Assembly: GCA_043228905.1 (NCBI GenBank)
Contig: JBHGNT010000003.1
Span: 8,804,001 to 8,868,000, forward strand
Length of the DNA: 64,000 bases
From: Azolla caroliniana
Lineage: Eukaryota; Plantae; Polypodiophyta
Reading direction: 5' to 3'
The notes under the pieces were generated by a model. The model had not been told where the DNA came from and ran no database searches. It worked only from the letters and a program-made list of their open reading frames with translations. The translations under genes and the position numbers were made by a program. Positions 1 through 15,249 of this stretch are shown one piece after another (positions within the stretch are counted from its first letter, which is position 1; every line of letters starts with the position of its first letter).

Positions 1-1620
1 ATCCACACCCTCTTAGTCCTTGTGTCCTCCCTATTCCAAGATCCCCATGGTTCCCCTCGAGTAGCACACACACACGTGTTAGCGCGACACCAGTGTTAAG
101 CGCTTGGAAACCACATAGGAGATTGAGAGAAGAGTCTATATCACAACTAGGTGAGAGAACCTAGTTGAAGAAAGACATTCCTTGTAGGTAGAAGTTGTTT
201 ACCAAAACAATAGGGTCTTAGTCAAGGATAAAAGAAAATGGATGGATGAACAATAAAGCCCCTCCAAAAAACACAACACGTGAGAAGCCAGAAGAAGAGA
301 AGAATTGATAATGGTGCCAATGATGGATTAAAGAGGAAAAGAGAAGGGAGACCCAACATTTAAGCTAAGGTCTGAATATGCAAACCCTATATCTAAAGCA
401 GGTGATGGAGGAGAAAATTATGGATAGTCACTTGGAATTCACGTTGTAAGAAATCCTCAGCATCTCAAAAAAAGAATTCCATGATATCAACAATGACCTC
501 ATGAAAAGGACGAGACACTCCACCGAGAGAGAAGAAATGGAACCCATGGATGTTTATACAAGTGTCATCACATCTAAAGGGTTTGAATTCAACAAAGAAT
601 ATGTTGACAACGACTACACTAGGTTGCATTGAGCATGGGAGATGATGGACACCTAGATATGGATTGTGCATATTAAAGAACTAGTGTTGGCATTGATCAA
701 CCATGGATCTGAAATCAACCGTATGTCCATCGACTTCTATTGAAAATGGGGGTGACTAATTAACACAAAAATGGGTGGAAGATTCGAACAATTACAAGAG
801 CCACTGAGAAGCTACACCACGCTTGCCCAAATGCACAAGTTAAGATTTGAGGCTTGAAAATATATGCACAAGCCAGAATGGAGACAATGGGTCTTGACTA
901 TGTGTGTTTGACACTGCTCAATTTAGTTCCTTACCATCCGGTTGAACAACAAATGAAATAGTGTCAACCTCAAAACAAAGATAAAGAACATTTTTAATGC
1001 AAGCTATTAGGTAGTGGGACAACAATAGTACAAGGAAAAATCAGTCCCCAAAAACTTGTAATAAGCTTTGTTGATCCATTCCTAAGAAAATATGTTTTTC
1101 TACAAATGGAGTTGAATGATCTTGAAGGAGGATAGGACACATAATAAATCATATAATGAAACGTAAGATATTTGAAGAAGATGAGAACATCCACAGAGAT
1201 AGTTTTGTTTGACGAAATGCATGGGAAGTGGAGAATGGTGTCATTTCAAATCTTCTCGATGTTAAGGTCATTCAACTCAAATTTGTTGCTATGTACATCA
1301 TCATTGACAAATACAAGCAAAGTGTTGCAACTAATGTGGTCAAAGTAAAAATAAGCTCAAAATACAACAGAAAAGGGATAGCTAGAGATAGAGGAAAGAA
1401 GTTGTGGCAATTAATGAACAAAATCGATGAGACCTGAAAGTAATTGGATGCACCTTGATTGACAAAATGTGAGGGGAAGCTCTGAGTTGTTGGGGGTGGG
1501 TTATTTTTATCCGAAGAGGAATTAAGTTTAGGGAGATGCTTGAGAGTGGTTGTCAAAATGTGGCCAAGTGCGAAAGGGAAGAAAACACAAAGGCATCAAG
1601 TTTCACATGAAGTGAACTCC
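1..1620 (-). mobile_element. Highly degenerate L1-type LINE remnant (ORF1 tail and start of ORF2 endonuclease)
   Basis: Minus strand near 460-435 reads MLRISYNVNS, resembling the start of an L1 APE endonuclease. Surrounding frames are broken by stops. Boundaries are approximate. Confidence 0.35.
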
Positions 1621-2134
1621 AAGAGAAAATTTAACTACAACATACATTAAATTGTAAGAGCCGAACATTAAACAATTGGGTCAAGGGTTCAACACCAATT
1701 GAAACGATCATAGGAAGGTTCTTTACAATTTTCCAAAGAAAATATTACCATCCTCATGTTTCACAATTTACGTACTTAGAGAAATAGTTGCAAATTGTGC
1801 TCAACATTTTTCAATACACAATATGGACCATTATACATGCCTCTGTGTCTTTACATGAGATTCTATCTCAAGACTCTTGGCAGCAAGAAGGCTAAATAGA
1901 TTGCTTGCAAAATTGGTAAAAGATATTGAACAAAAAAGGAAAACTATGGTTAAGGAATCTATGGTTCTGTGCAAGCTAATAATTACAAAGGAGATTCTTT
2001 GTTATCCTTTTCTACTAGTACAATCGGTGGTTTCTTGAGGTCGGCATAGTGAGGAAAGATGTGATTGATGATCCTATGCATACATGGACGAGCCATACGC
2101 CCATAACAATGTCCATATGTTAATATCATCGACA

Positions 2135-5100
2135 CTACCAATCATCGAGCCACAGAGGTGTATTTAATTCTTCAAGGCTTGCTATGCTATTAGAATCCAT
2201 GCTGTGATGAGACTCTTCCAAATGATGTGATTCCAGGGCAACCTCTAGCCGACACATGATTTCATCGGGCACATTAACATGACATTCTAGTATGCCGTCC
2301 CAATCTACTCCCCCAAACCACGGATGCCTCTTTAATGAATCAGTCCCTCCATCTGAACCAAGCCTCTCTTTCTCTTCAACCACTAGAAGCTGATGTCAAA
2401 AAGACAAAAGGTGAATATAAATTTTGCATAAGAGATTCACATAGAAACATGTGACATGTGACTTATTCCCAAATGCCATGTGACTTATTTCTGTTTTTTT
2501 TACCTTGCTAAGTAGGTCACTCACTGCTGGACTTAGCCCATCCGGTACCAAAAACTGGCCACCTGCAACCTTAGCAAATATATCTAGTTCACTTTCTCGC
2601 CAAGAACCAAATGGAAGTTCATTTCGTAGCATGAAGTATATAAGCACTCCAAGCGCCCACCTGTACAACAATAAAATATTTAAATGGAGTTTCACGTGTT
2701 TAGATCTTGCAACACAGTTTTCAATAATCGTTATCGTTTTTCAACTAATTTGAAATCCAAATACATAAAAAAATGCTGTTTAAGTCCTTTTCTCATGCAA
2801 CAGCGTAGAGCAGAATGATAGCCTGTTCAATGATCTCTTGGCTTTTATATTTGCCTACTAATGACCGCTTTCTCAGTTGCATCGAACAATACAAAGATGT
2901 TGCCTATAGCTTAAGATGCTGTTATAGTAAATCAAACCAATGTGGGTGCCAAGGACTTTTCGCATAAATATTATTCTAGGGGCTGCTATAATGATCTACT
3001 TTGTAGGGTCATGAGGTATGATTTAGTTCATACATAGAGTTCCTTCTTGTTCCAAAAGTTAGCATAATACTCATATCAGGAAACGGATGTGGAGGCACTA
3101 TACGTTCAATCGGGGCTGCTGTGAAGCTGTTTGGCCAGGGTATACAAGCCATCCTCCAATGGCAACATTCTTTCATACATACAACTCGGAGAATGTAATA
3201 ATGGCCTACAGATGCCTTGTAAGGTTCTTTTTTACACAGCATGCAGTTAGCCTAAACTGTTATCCCACCTATGATAATGAATGCATATCTTCCTGTTATT
3301 CACACATGTGCGATCTTGGAGAAACACCCAACAGTAGTAAAATGCTACTTCATATAGAGAAGGATGTAGATGCCAGCAGTTTGACGTACTCACTTGTGGA
3401 CCTGGATCTGGATGTACAAATTAAGGTTTAACAAACTAGACGAAACATGAAGTGCAGGTTCAAAGAGTATGTAATTTTATTACTGATTAGAAAGACATGC
3501 TGAATTAGGGGATGCATTTATATGTGTGATTCAGATGACTTTATAAGCCATCTGAATCACACCTATATGATGATGATATTTTAACATCCTTGGGAGTCCT
3601 CTAAATTAGGGATAACTGAAAAGTAAGAAGCAAAAAAACATGCAAATGTGAAAAAAGAGGATTTATATCAATTTTACAAACAAACCACTTGAAACAATAT
3701 TCCATAAGCATACCAATCAGCAGCAAACCCATGACCTTGGCCTTTAATTATTTCAGGCGCCAAAAAGTCAGCCATGCCACATATTGTTAAAGTCCGTTCA
3801 TTAGAAAGCTTCTTTGCAAAACGGAAATCTACTAGCTGCCAAACCAATGATTCAAAACTATAATTAGGATTCACCTTACCCTAAACAGTTCAGTGTAGGA
3901 ACAAATAAAAGCAAAATTGTTAATACTTTTGCTTACTTGGAGCCAACCCTTGTCATCAAGCATAAGTATATCAGGTGATATCCCTCGATACACAACTCCA
4001 TCCTGCATATTTCAGAAGTAAATCAAAGTTATCAATTACCATTCACATAACCAATACTCCCAAAAAGATCATTGAAAATAATTTACAATTATTGTTTCAT
4101 CACTATTTACATTTTTTAAAGAACTTCAATCTTGGTTTTTCATGACCGTTCAAAAAATATACTTCCAGTTACGGTCATGATCGCCAGAAGTCAGATATAC
4201 TTTAATCTACCTTCATAATTATCTTATAAATTGAATGACTTATTTATCCTTTTTAACAAAGATCACAGACAAAATATATTTCGATGACGATCTCGCTCTG
4301 ATTCATATCACAAAGAAACCATGCCAGGAGTGCTTGATGCAAGAAAGGCAAGTGAGCTGTATATAGGGATGGTAAGGCCATTGACAGAGGAGGATTGCAT
4401 GATGGTGTATGGCCTATGAGACATTATGCATGACTATATGTTTGCTACTTCTCTGCATGCAATTTGCTTTGTCTTCTTTACGCTGATTTTGAGCATTGTC
4501 ATCATTTTGTTTATGGTAAACATGCTCAAATGTCTCATAAAAGGTTTCTTTCACTAAAAGTTTCTCCTCTAGAGTTAGTATATTCAGATGTTTGTCAGAT
4601 GCCAGAATTATCTTTAAAAGAAATATTTTGTGACTTTTGTCAATGATGCTACACGGAAAGTATGGTTTTACCTATGTCTCTTGGTTTCTAGCAAGAAAAG
4701 CCCCAAGCACAGTTGGTCCTCATATTACATTACCTTGAGCATTGTCATCATTTTGTTTATGGTAAACATGCTCAAATGTCTCATAAAAGGTTTCTTTCAC
4801 TAAAAGTTTCTCCTCTAGAATTAGTATATTCAGGTGATTGTAAGATGCCAGAATTATCTTTAGGGGAAAAGAAATATTTTGTCACTTTTGTCAATGATGC
4901 TACACGGAAAGTATGGGTTTACCTATGTCTCTTGAATTCTAGCAAGAAAAGCCCCAAGCACAGTTGGTCCTTATATTACATTACCTTGCTCCATATAATG
5001 TGGGATATCATTGAGACTAAAGGTCTCTCTAAATCTTTCTAGTTATTTGCCTTGTAAGAGTCAGTCCCCACTTTCTACTCCATAGAGAAGAGTTAGTTTC

Positions 5101-8100
5101 ACAAGTGATCAAATAGCCACAATTTAGTTCGCGGCTCTTGGAACTGCAAATTGCACACTGCCTTTCAAGCCACCAAGGGCTGCATATCCACGAGAAAGTT
5201 GAGCACAAGCAGCCTCCCATAAGGAGAACCTAGTCCCTATAAATATTACTCCTAGGCATGTGTAGGAGAATGTGCATACTGCCTTTTCCTCTCCAGAGAA
5301 GAATTCTGGTTCCGATCTTGTTACCCATGCTTGAGTGGTGCTAAACACTATCACTTTAGTTTTATCCATGTTCATCAACAAACCTTTGTCCGTACGAAAA
5401 TATTCTTAAGGCATTTAGATGTCTTTGTAGTCCCTCTGGAGAGTCAGAAATAATCAGCATATAGTAATATTTGTGTGGCTATACCGCTAGGCATGCCCCA
5501 AACCCCCGAATCTCTCATCTAGGTCGAAACCTAAGAGAGTGGGTGATAGTGAGCATTATTGTTTTACTCTAATTGTGCCAATCACAGCCTCTGAAAAACC
5601 ATTGGTAGACGGCACTTTTTCTGACACAGATTCATGCAGTGCAAAGATTCCCCATTGCATATCTATAGGGACACCAAGGGCTTCCTGCTGTTGCATAAGC
5701 CGAGCACGAGGCAGTGGTGAAGGCTTTCGGAAATCCACAAAGAAGCAATAAATCCTCTTATTATGTGGTCTGCCCTCCTCGATACGGGCTCAGAGGGTGA
5801 ATATGTGATCCAAAGTTGTCAACCCCTTCCGAAAGCCTGCTATCCAGCTTAACAGCAGCCATTTCCCTCTGCCCACATACTCAATTCTGAATCTAGGATT
5901 GAGCCATATACTTTATCCAAGTAATGTCCAATCGTGATTGTCCTACACAATGTAATGGAATATGAGGACAAACTGTGCCATGACTGTTCTTGCAAGAACT
6001 CAAGAGACACCGGAAGAAGTTAATGAAGGGTAACAATAGAACCATACAAGATCATGAACAAAGAACAATCAACACATCATGACAACAGACAAAAAACTTC
6101 AACGATTTTCTTTCATTTAAGTATCCTTGTGTAATAGCATTGCACAATCGATTACAAGAATCTCCATTGACTTTATTTTCTTGACATCTTAGTATCTGTT
6201 GGGCAGAAATGGAGAAAAAATTTGGAGAAGCATGCCTTCAAAAACTAAGAAGCAAGTACAAAATGTGATGCGTGTATAAATGTTTCTGAAATCTGGCCTT
6301 CACTATCTTCAGTTGAGCATGTTTCTAGCAGCTATACGTTTTACAAATGGAATGGCACAGTTTTAATTTTTCATTGATCTAGTTCCATGTCTTCGTTGAC
6401 TGAAAATTATGAATAGGCTCACACACTTTGACGGGCTTGCTATAACATCACGAGCTATGACACATGCCATTGCTGGCTAAGATAAGGAACCCCTAACAAT
6501 TTTCAAGTGGCAATTTTCCAATTAAATCCCTACAAGATCAATAGCTAACACATAATGGAATATGGTAATACAAACCCAAACTAACACATAATGGAATATG
6601 GTAATACAACCCAAACTAGTTAGCACTTAGTAGTCTGAATGAGGATGGATAGTTTCTTTCCTATCTTTAAATCACAATCAAGCTTCTTTTATGCAAAAAT
6701 AAGATATGTCATCTATGAAATAATTATATGATTTATCATTTCTGTACCTTATGTAAAACGTCAAGAGCGAGCACTACTGATGCTGCAATGAACCGAGCTG
6801 ACATTTCATCCAAAGGGGCACTCAGGACCAAAGACAACGGCCCTACTAAGCAAGTATTGAGAACGATGGCAGCATGCTCTTCATCAGCACAAGTTGAAAT
6901 CACTTGTGGCACAAACAATGATGGTCGCAAATGCCGGATAAGAGCCTTCTCTTGCAGCACTTGTAGTTCACGACCCAAGAGTTTCACCTTCTTTTTAGAA
7001 TAGCGTTTCAAGCTTACAACAATATCTGTGAAGGCACATTGGAATAGTATTTTAATGATAATGATAAAAATAATTGTAATACAATATCATTAAATGATTC
7101 CATGAGTCCCTACTTGATTGTTTCTTGATAATCAGTCCAACTTCACAACAATCTGTCGAATATACCGTACTTTGCCATTCCTGTTAGATTGTTCAATATG
7201 GGAGACTTAGCATTGCATACAAACAGGAAAGGTTCAAATTCAATCCCAATATCAAAGGGAGACTTGTCCTACACTTCGATATGAAAACTCACGAGATCTG
7301 AGAGTTTCAGATGAGTGAACTCCTCAAGGTCTATCTGTGGGGCTCGTTTCTTTCTCAAACTGCTTATTCTTTCTCTCAACCTTTGTCAAAGCATTTTGCC
7401 AACAGTTAAAATTCACAGGCAGCCAATTAAGGTCCGGTGACAAAAGAACAAAACAAATACTTACTTCAAATCCTCTTGGATGATATCCTGCAAATTACCA
7501 ACAACAGCCTCAAACCTTGATTTGGTGATGACCCAACATTCCACATCACTAAGAGCCTGAACTGTTACTTGACAAGATGATTCGCCCAATAGCACCCATT
7601 CCCCAAAACAACTACCTGAATTAATTACTTTGCTTTTCTCTGATTCCACTGATTTTCCTTTATCCAACCAATTGCCACTATGATAAGTAAGCTTGAGTTC
7701 TCCTTGATGAACCACGTATAAAGCTGAGACTTCATCCTTCTGGTTTATCAATGAAGAAGATGGATGTTACAACAAAATAGAAATATATATCCAGACTTAC
7801 AATTATGTACAAAGAAAACCACTAAAATACCATAACTTCTTGGGGTATTTACCAGAATACCCCCAACCTTAGGGTTTTTACAAGAATGCCCCTTTCAAAT
7901 ATGACCAGAACATCATTCTGAAGTAGTAAATTTTGTAGTACAGAGATGTATTCTCCAAACATTTAAAAACTACACAGTATTTTAGTAAATACCCAAATAG
8001 TACCAGATATTTTGGAGTTTTGCCCTTGTGTGTAACATGTCATAGTTACCTGGTTTATAACCATGTCCCCCTTCCTGTAAGAAGCTTCAGTCACAGATTC

Positions 8101-11100
8101 AGATAACCTATGTAATTGACTAAGAGTCAAATGAGAAAGGACATCAACAGTCCGTAGAGTTTTCAATATGGATTCACGGCTGTATTTCATTGAGAGTACA
8201 CTCCGGAATACTTCTCTTTTCAGAGACCATAAACTGCCATCTCGTACAGTACGAACCGTTGACTGCCGAGGCTTGCTATACCTGCCCAAGAAATTAAGAT
8301 TACATTATTAATAATGATAATTAAAATACAGAAAAATATATCATAGGATGTTATTAGAAACAAGCTCATGCAATAATGAGGCATGATTTGGAATAGCTTC
8401 TATTATTAAAGACACCTTAATAATCACATGAACACTTATTTTTCCTACCCCTCCCTAGTATCATTTGCATATATAAAAGCTGCATGCACAGAATTATTCT
8501 ATACTAACCATTTTTGGAAACTCCAAAAATACTGAGAAACCACACAAAAATAAGTATTTAGGAGTAATGATAACATTTTGGCAATATTCATATTCCTTTA
8601 ATATGTATATACAATAGCTTATAAACATATTTTTTGTGTTTATTAATGTGTACAAACATTAAACATCCTCTTTTTTCCTAATTCAAATATTTCATCGTAA
8701 GTTGATGGAAGCCTAGTTACAAAGGTAAGCTACATAATTTAGGTACAATTTATTTCTCCTTTATTTTACCCAAGTTTTTAAGGTTCACGATTTCATCTCT
8801 TCCACGATTTTAACTTTCAGTGTTGTTGGTACACGATTTCATCTCTTCCACCCTAAGATCGTCGTGCTAAATTCAACACAACATGAATAAATCCTTACCT
8901 ATCCACAACACATCATATATCAAGTAAGGTGTGCCCTCTACACTAACATTAGTCATCTCCAACATTCTTCAGCACCATCACCACTTGCTCCGATGTTATT
9001 ACAAGGGCATCACAAATATGGTCTCGACTAACATTCCAATAATTACAATAGATCAATCAATAGCAATTGCCAGGCACATAAGCCACGTCCACCTGCACCA
9101 CAGGTTCATCATCCTTATCATCAGCAAATACGGTGATTATCACCCAATGCTGAAGGTGATTTCTGCAACATTTCTCTCAAGAGCATGGCATGTTTATAGA
9201 CATATCATTAGCCAAATGCTTGAGGGATAGCAGGGTACCTCAGGAAGTTTTACTAATTTATTTATATTCATTTTTATAATGGTTTGTTATCCTCCACGTT
9301 GCAGCATTTTCCAGATGCATTGTTTCATTTGGTCTCTAGGCCATTTTAGCTTCTCAAGGGATGTCAGCATTTCTTTCTTTCTTTCTCTTTAGAATTGTGT
9401 CAACACCTCACTTGAATCTTGTCCAATGAAATTATTTCACCCGTTTATAGTAAAAACAAAGATACTTACATCAACGCCAGCTCCCCAAAGCATGAAAAAG
9501 CATCAGCGCTATAATGGCTCACAATTGTGCCCAAGTCTTGGCCTGCATCCCCAGCCTGCAGTTGGTAACCTCAGAAGTTTATAACCAGATTGACCATATA
9601 CGATGCATGCTTTCAATTCGTAAAAAACTTTTCAGTAATGCTTTCACCTGAGACACTAATGCTTCAAATTCACCCGATGCTACAATGTAAAAGCAATTGT
9701 CTTCTGCACCCTGATATGAACAATTCATATTGTTTTCAAAATATTGCCAGTATATGCCACAATATTGAGCCTCCATTTTGTACAAAATCTGCATCAATAT
9801 GCAAATAACAAGAGTTAAAAAAATACTCACTTGTCTTATGATTACATCTCCTTCTCGAACATCAATTCTCTCCATGCAGTCATACAATTGACGCCGTTGT
9901 TTCTCTGTTAGTCCATTAAACAAAAAGTTTCCTTGGAGTGCTCTCTCTATATGGGCCTGCAGATTCAACAGTTGTCGGAAATGCTATACATTCTTATAAA
10001 TGTTAGAAGCATGAAAAGGATTAGAGAAAAATAAGCAGAGGATGTATACCACATCCTCCTCAGACTTGGGATGAGTTTCAAGGAGAGGCTCCCTAACACC
10101 CTTATGAATTGTTGATTCTATTGCTCGAAGGCGTGCAGAGGAAATTTCATGGCGGACAGGACGTGTTTCCATCTGTCGATGAGCTTTTGACATTGGTGAC
10201 GACTCATAGACAGGATATTCGGGCAAATCCTTGGATGAATTTACACCAGTAACTTCTCCATTTGACTGGCAATACCATGATTCATTGCAGGTTCATTTAT
10301 TTAATCTAGAAGAAATTGTACCCAAATCCATCTATCAAACATACCAACTTTTGCTTACATCAAATAGGCCATTAACGCGGACAACTATGATTGTTATGTC
10401 ATCAGTTCGAGTTTCATAATGCAGCCAGAGGCGATAAGATTCTGCAACAATTGCTGCGCATGCATTACATGGATCTATATGTTCAGCCACCTACAAAATA
10501 ACACAAAATTAATAAATACTTCATTGGGTGGTCATGTACCGTTCAGCCACCTTATTTATCCATTTAAATCCAATATGACACTAATTAAGATTAATATAAA
10601 CAATTTCAAACATCCCTCTCTCCAAAGTTGTGATAATCTACAACAAGTGTAGATAAAAGATTAATTGATGCCTGCCACAAAGTTAAAATTCTGCCCCTCT
10701 TCAACAGTGGAGAGAAAAATAGCTTTGTAATCATTTTTGGCCTTCCAGCAACAGTAGTATCTCTATCTATCGCTGTTCCTCCCATGTTGGGAATTGTATC
10801 CTTTTAGAGGCATTAATATATCATCCTCCCATGTTAGACCGACTCTTCAACAATGACTGCATCAACAAACAGGTTCGCTCTGGCTCACATTGCTGCTCAA
10901 TCGACTATCATGAATGAATGGCAAGTATTTCCAAATGTTTTTGCAACCTCTATTTCTAATCCTTCTAATGTTTCTAATGAGGTAGACCAAGGACGGGGAG
11001 AACATAGTGTGCTTGCATAACTTAATAAGCATACGGACAAGATGATAGTGCAACTTCATCAAACACAGGCCATTCACAATATCATGCCTATTCGAGAAGC

Positions 11101-14100
11101 TCTTTGAGAACGATGAGGGGTTGTTTGTTACCATAGTAGGGATGCAGGACACATCTCCACAAGGTTTCCACAATGTCAACAAGGAGGATTGGATCATGAG
11201 ATCTACCTAGTGCCACGAAATGACCAATGGCACAAGTTCCTTTAATCCCTCATAATCTGAATCTCCTTAATTTCTTAAGTGACAATGATTATGCGTGTTG
11301 CACGTTGCATATGGAATGGACGAGGGCTTCAAAAAAGGAGAAGGAAACAGAAGGAGAATCCAGTGCGACAATGCAAGCATGAAAGCAAAGAAAGGGCCAA
11401 AATGACCTATGAGACCAAACCAGAGATTATATCTTAAAATGTTGTCTTGACTTTGAGAACAAACCAAAATAAAAAAGTAAATAAAATAAAAAATGACTAA
11501 AGAACCTTGTTATCAATACATATAAGATTCTTAAGTTTGATAGATTGTAATCTTTGTCTTTGAAAGATCTCTAGCATAGATCAATCCAAATTGGAGTGAT
11601 TTAAAAAGCGCAAGAAGCACTACTGATTGCGGGAGATAATGGTCTTTATATGTCAATAACAAAAGTGGTGTGATCGTGATCCATGAGGCCAGGACCTCCT
11701 TAATTGACTTGTAGCATGAGCAGTGATGGGGCTAAAGAAAGTTGTGATTTTTCTTTGTTGATGAACTGTGTTATTGTGAAGGAGACATGCAAGGAAACAA
11801 AGAGATACTCAAAACAAAGATAAAGATTGATGATATTCCTGTGGGGAAAGGCATGGATGTGTTCAACCTAACGCAAGAGCTTGTATCAAGTGGACCTAGA
11901 CTAATGTGGCCGCAACTACTTCAACTATCACCCCCAATCCGAAAGGAATAGGGGAGGGTTGCAAGCATTCACCATAGTCAGAAGACAGATCACTATGTAA
12001 AGACAGTGACATAACCACAACATCTGATCAACATCAACAAAGAACCATCACGACTTTCTTTAGCTCCACTCTTCATACTACAAGTCAATCAAGGGTTTCC
12101 CAAGTGGGGTCTCAAGCATTACACTCATAGAGTGTTACAATAGATTGGGGAATGGTAACATGCATGTAGGCCAGAGCCATCTGGATCACTGCAAATCACC
12201 CTTGTCATCGACAAATGAAGGTCATAATCACCTGGCACCAGAAGTGATTCCTTTGCTTTGGAGATCTTTCAACAGTAAAACTTTAAGCCTATCTAAGTTC
12301 AGAATCTTAAGTGCTTAAATAACTAGATTCTTTGGTAGGCTATATCTAGTTATATTTATTTGGGTCTATTGTTCTCAAAGGCAAGACAATATTTAAGAGA
12401 TGCAATCTCTAGTTCACTTTCATAAGCTACTTTGGCCTCTTAAAAGACGTTACTTTTTTTCTCCCTTGCTCATCCAGCCTAGGTCAGAGCGAAGTCTTGA
12501 ATTCAATTACCCAAATCGTCAAAGCTAAGCAACCATCATGCGCAAAGTATGGTGTGAATCTAGCATTTCTTTCGTGGGTGAACCTCCAGCTAGCTAGCTG
12601 CCAACAGGAGATTAAAAATCAGCCTCCCATTTGGAGTGAATTTCTCCATGAAAAGGGGGACAGTCTTTAGTGTTCACTCCCACTTTCTTTGAGCTGCCAA
12701 GGAGAGTGGTCTAGCTCATTCCTCAATTTCAAAGGATCATTTGGAGGCTTGAATGCCGACTTTCCTTGAGCTGACAAGGAGAATGGTCTAGGTCACTCCT
12801 CGATTTCAAAGGATCACTTGGTGGCACATGTGTCACCACCTCAATAAGAGATTAGATACTTCACTCTAAACATGCCCGTAGGAAATCATGCTTGATGCCA
12901 TATTGATGTGAAAAGTTCCATAATGGATTAATGCAGTGCATCTTCATCAAATGCCACAAATATAGTTGACCATTATTTAAGATTAGAATACAAGAAAAGT
13001 TTATTAAGGATATGCGCATATTGGTGCAGATTTGAGATCGTGATGACAATCAATCGCATGCTATTGGTTCTAAGGCTTGGTCCAGTGACTTCTTTGAACT
13101 TGAGCAATATAACGATTGAACCTGACCTTGTATCACTTATGATCAACACCATTTTCGAAGTTCCTAGAAGGAAATTTGATTGTTCGGTTTTCTCCACTCC
13201 GTTATTCAATCACATAAACATTCTTTTGCACTACCCCATGAGACGTACAGATAAATTATGATGGAAATATTGAGCAAAAAAACACACATAACCAAATCGA
13301 AAAAACTTAATCTGAATCATTTGGAAATCTCTTACCATATTGACTACTTGTTGACTTGAAAGGAACTCGAAGACACCATCACTTGCTAAGACAAAGAAAG
13401 GGTGTTCCGATGTAAGCTCCATAGCAAGCACCTCAGGCACTGCTATTACACCAATTTGTTCAGCTATCTTGTCACCGAGACTCCGAGTGAAGGCGGTACC
13501 TGGATACATCCCATTTGCAACCCATAGTCGAGGTGGGTCCCCATCATCATCTTCTTCACCTCCCCAACATTGCACATTAGGGTTTTTCAATCCTTCTAAC
13601 TGGTCCAAAGTCAAAACCCTCGCACCACATAGCTTTACTCTAGCACATTCATCTGACCTAAATGGTGTTTGATCACTAGATAGATCAACGGCAACTAAAT
13701 CTTTCCCTCTTCTTTCAGCTATCACTGCCCTTGAATCTCCTACATTTGCCACATAGAGCATCTTTCCTCGAACAAGCACAGTAATCGCTGTTGTCCCACT
13801 CATTGAATCATCGATGTTGTTTCGATGAAGTTGAAGATTGGTGGCTGTGAAGGCCGAATGATAAGCTTGAATTATATCAGTGCTGAAATGACGATCTTTC
13901 AGCAAATTTTCACATAGATGCTTCTTAACAAACTGTGAGCATTGTGTTCCATACTCTCCATGCCCATCAAACACACCAAAAAAGTGATCATTTGGGTCCT
14001 TTCCAAATTGGGGATATATGCAAAAACTGTCTTGATTTGCCTTATCCAATGCCTCAGGATAATACCCTCTTTGTGAAAGGTAAGAGTACTTCAACTCATA

Positions 14101-14388
14101 ATTGAAGTCAGGTAATGATGCAACTCTGGAACCACTTGGCGGGAGATACTGACTAGATAACCTTGAAAGCCTGGGCAATCCTGCATCCACATCCAATGCC
14201 GAATAGAGAGGAGTGGGTTCATCTCCACTCTCTCCATCAAAATCTGAATCCTTATCTTTATCTACATCCCGGGTAAGGCTTTCCACCAAATGAAATGAGG
14301 AACCAGGTCCAGTGGCATCAGCGGACCTCCGATCCCGCCATGACCATGAGATGCAAGACTTTCCTGGCTTCCCACATACACAACCCAT
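2135..14388 (-). CDS. Protein phosphatase 2C and cyclic nucleotide-binding/kinase domain-containing protein (At2g20050 / plant PKG-like family), ~1071 aa, 15 coding exons
   Basis: GT-AG exons with consistent phases: 14388-13336, 10490-10359, 10265-10050, 9956-9831, 9710-9648, 9555-9470, 8281-8050, 7739-7465, 7380-7293, 7180-7114, 7025-6748, 4002-3937, 3835-3714, 2660-2504, 2389-2135 (3216 nt). PP2C motifs: NQD, FDGHG, NVGDSRA, ASDGVFEF, DDIT. Two cNMP domains (CFGELALM; CFGEWVLL). Kinase-like C-terminus (TICGMADFLAPE, ADWWALGV), ending WLDDW. N-terminal MGCVCG is a likely acylation motif. Confidence 0.95.
4488..4987 (+). repeat. Tandem ~250-bp duplication of a decayed copia GAG-pre-integrase/integrase fragment inside intron 11
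   Basis: Two near-identical copies begin ttgagcattgtcatcattttg at ~4489 and ~4735. They translate to PLELVYSDVCQMP..YFVTFVNDATRKVWVY, the copia integrase N-terminus. Confidence 0.75.
5065..5945 (-). mobile_element. Truncated RTE-like non-LTR retrotransposon reverse-transcriptase fragment in intron 11
   Basis: Minus strand reads AGFRKGLTTLDHIFTL*ARIEEGRPHNKRIYCFFVDFRK, later TIRVKQ and KTKVIVF...FSYTCLGV. These are non-LTR RT motifs, with frameshifts. Confidence 0.7.
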
Positions 14389-15249
14389 CTGTTATCTTGT
14401 TTGCTAACAGTAAATAGGATGTGAGGAGTAGAGGAAGACTATCTTGCTGTTGAAATCTTTGATGTAGGTATATTAGACCACATGCCGATGAGCCAAGGAA
14501 GGCTTATTTTCAGGTTGAAATCATTGCTTGAATCTAGTTGACCATATGCCAATGAGGCAAACACCACTCTTGTCTTGAAATACACAGATTAGCTCTTTTA
14601 TAGCATATGCCCACTCTTGTCTTCAAATACACAGATACCATTAATGTGACCACAAATATTTATCAGAATAGAACACGCTACCATCAATAGAGTGTATTGG
14701 GAACCTGAACCAACCAACGGAACGATGAGAGAAGAAGACCTTCAAGGATCTAAACAGAGCTAGCTATGGTCAACGCTCTGTTAGATACATACATAGAGAC
14801 AACTAGCAGATAATCGAATGAAAATCACTGCAAAAAATGGTTAATAAGAGTTAGTGATTTAAAGACCTTGAACTTTTCCTTTTATAGTTAGTAATTTACG
14901 TAAAGATACTGTGTGCAATTGGGTTTTTATGCAGCGAAAATATTACATTAATTAGGGTTAGAGTTGCGGTTACTGTGAATAAGGGTCAGCCAGCTATGGA
15001 GTAACAAAGCTCTCAGTGCTCAGACAAAAAGAAACCAAAGAAAGAGAGGAGAAGAAGATAGAAAGAAAGAGAAAGAGAACGATAAAGAGAGAAGACAAAA
15101 AAGGATTGAATGGACAGCAAAGGTGAATAAAGATAGCGCGGAGAAAAAGAGTTAAATTTACCTTCAGTCAAAATGAGACATAAGCTTTCTTTGCTTTTAT
15201 CTGTTTAATCCCGTCTCTTTTTCCCTTCTGACTTTATCTCTCTCCCATT

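Noticed and set aside
6545-6620. Short intronic tandem duplications (36 bp here; also ~8785-8850 and ~12690-12825)
   Set aside because: Ordinary slippage or repair duplications with no sign of function.
10830-12000. Possible retrotransposon remnants in intron 1
   Set aside because: Only weak similarity (LTQELV..WPQLLQLSP); boundaries and family cannot be supported.
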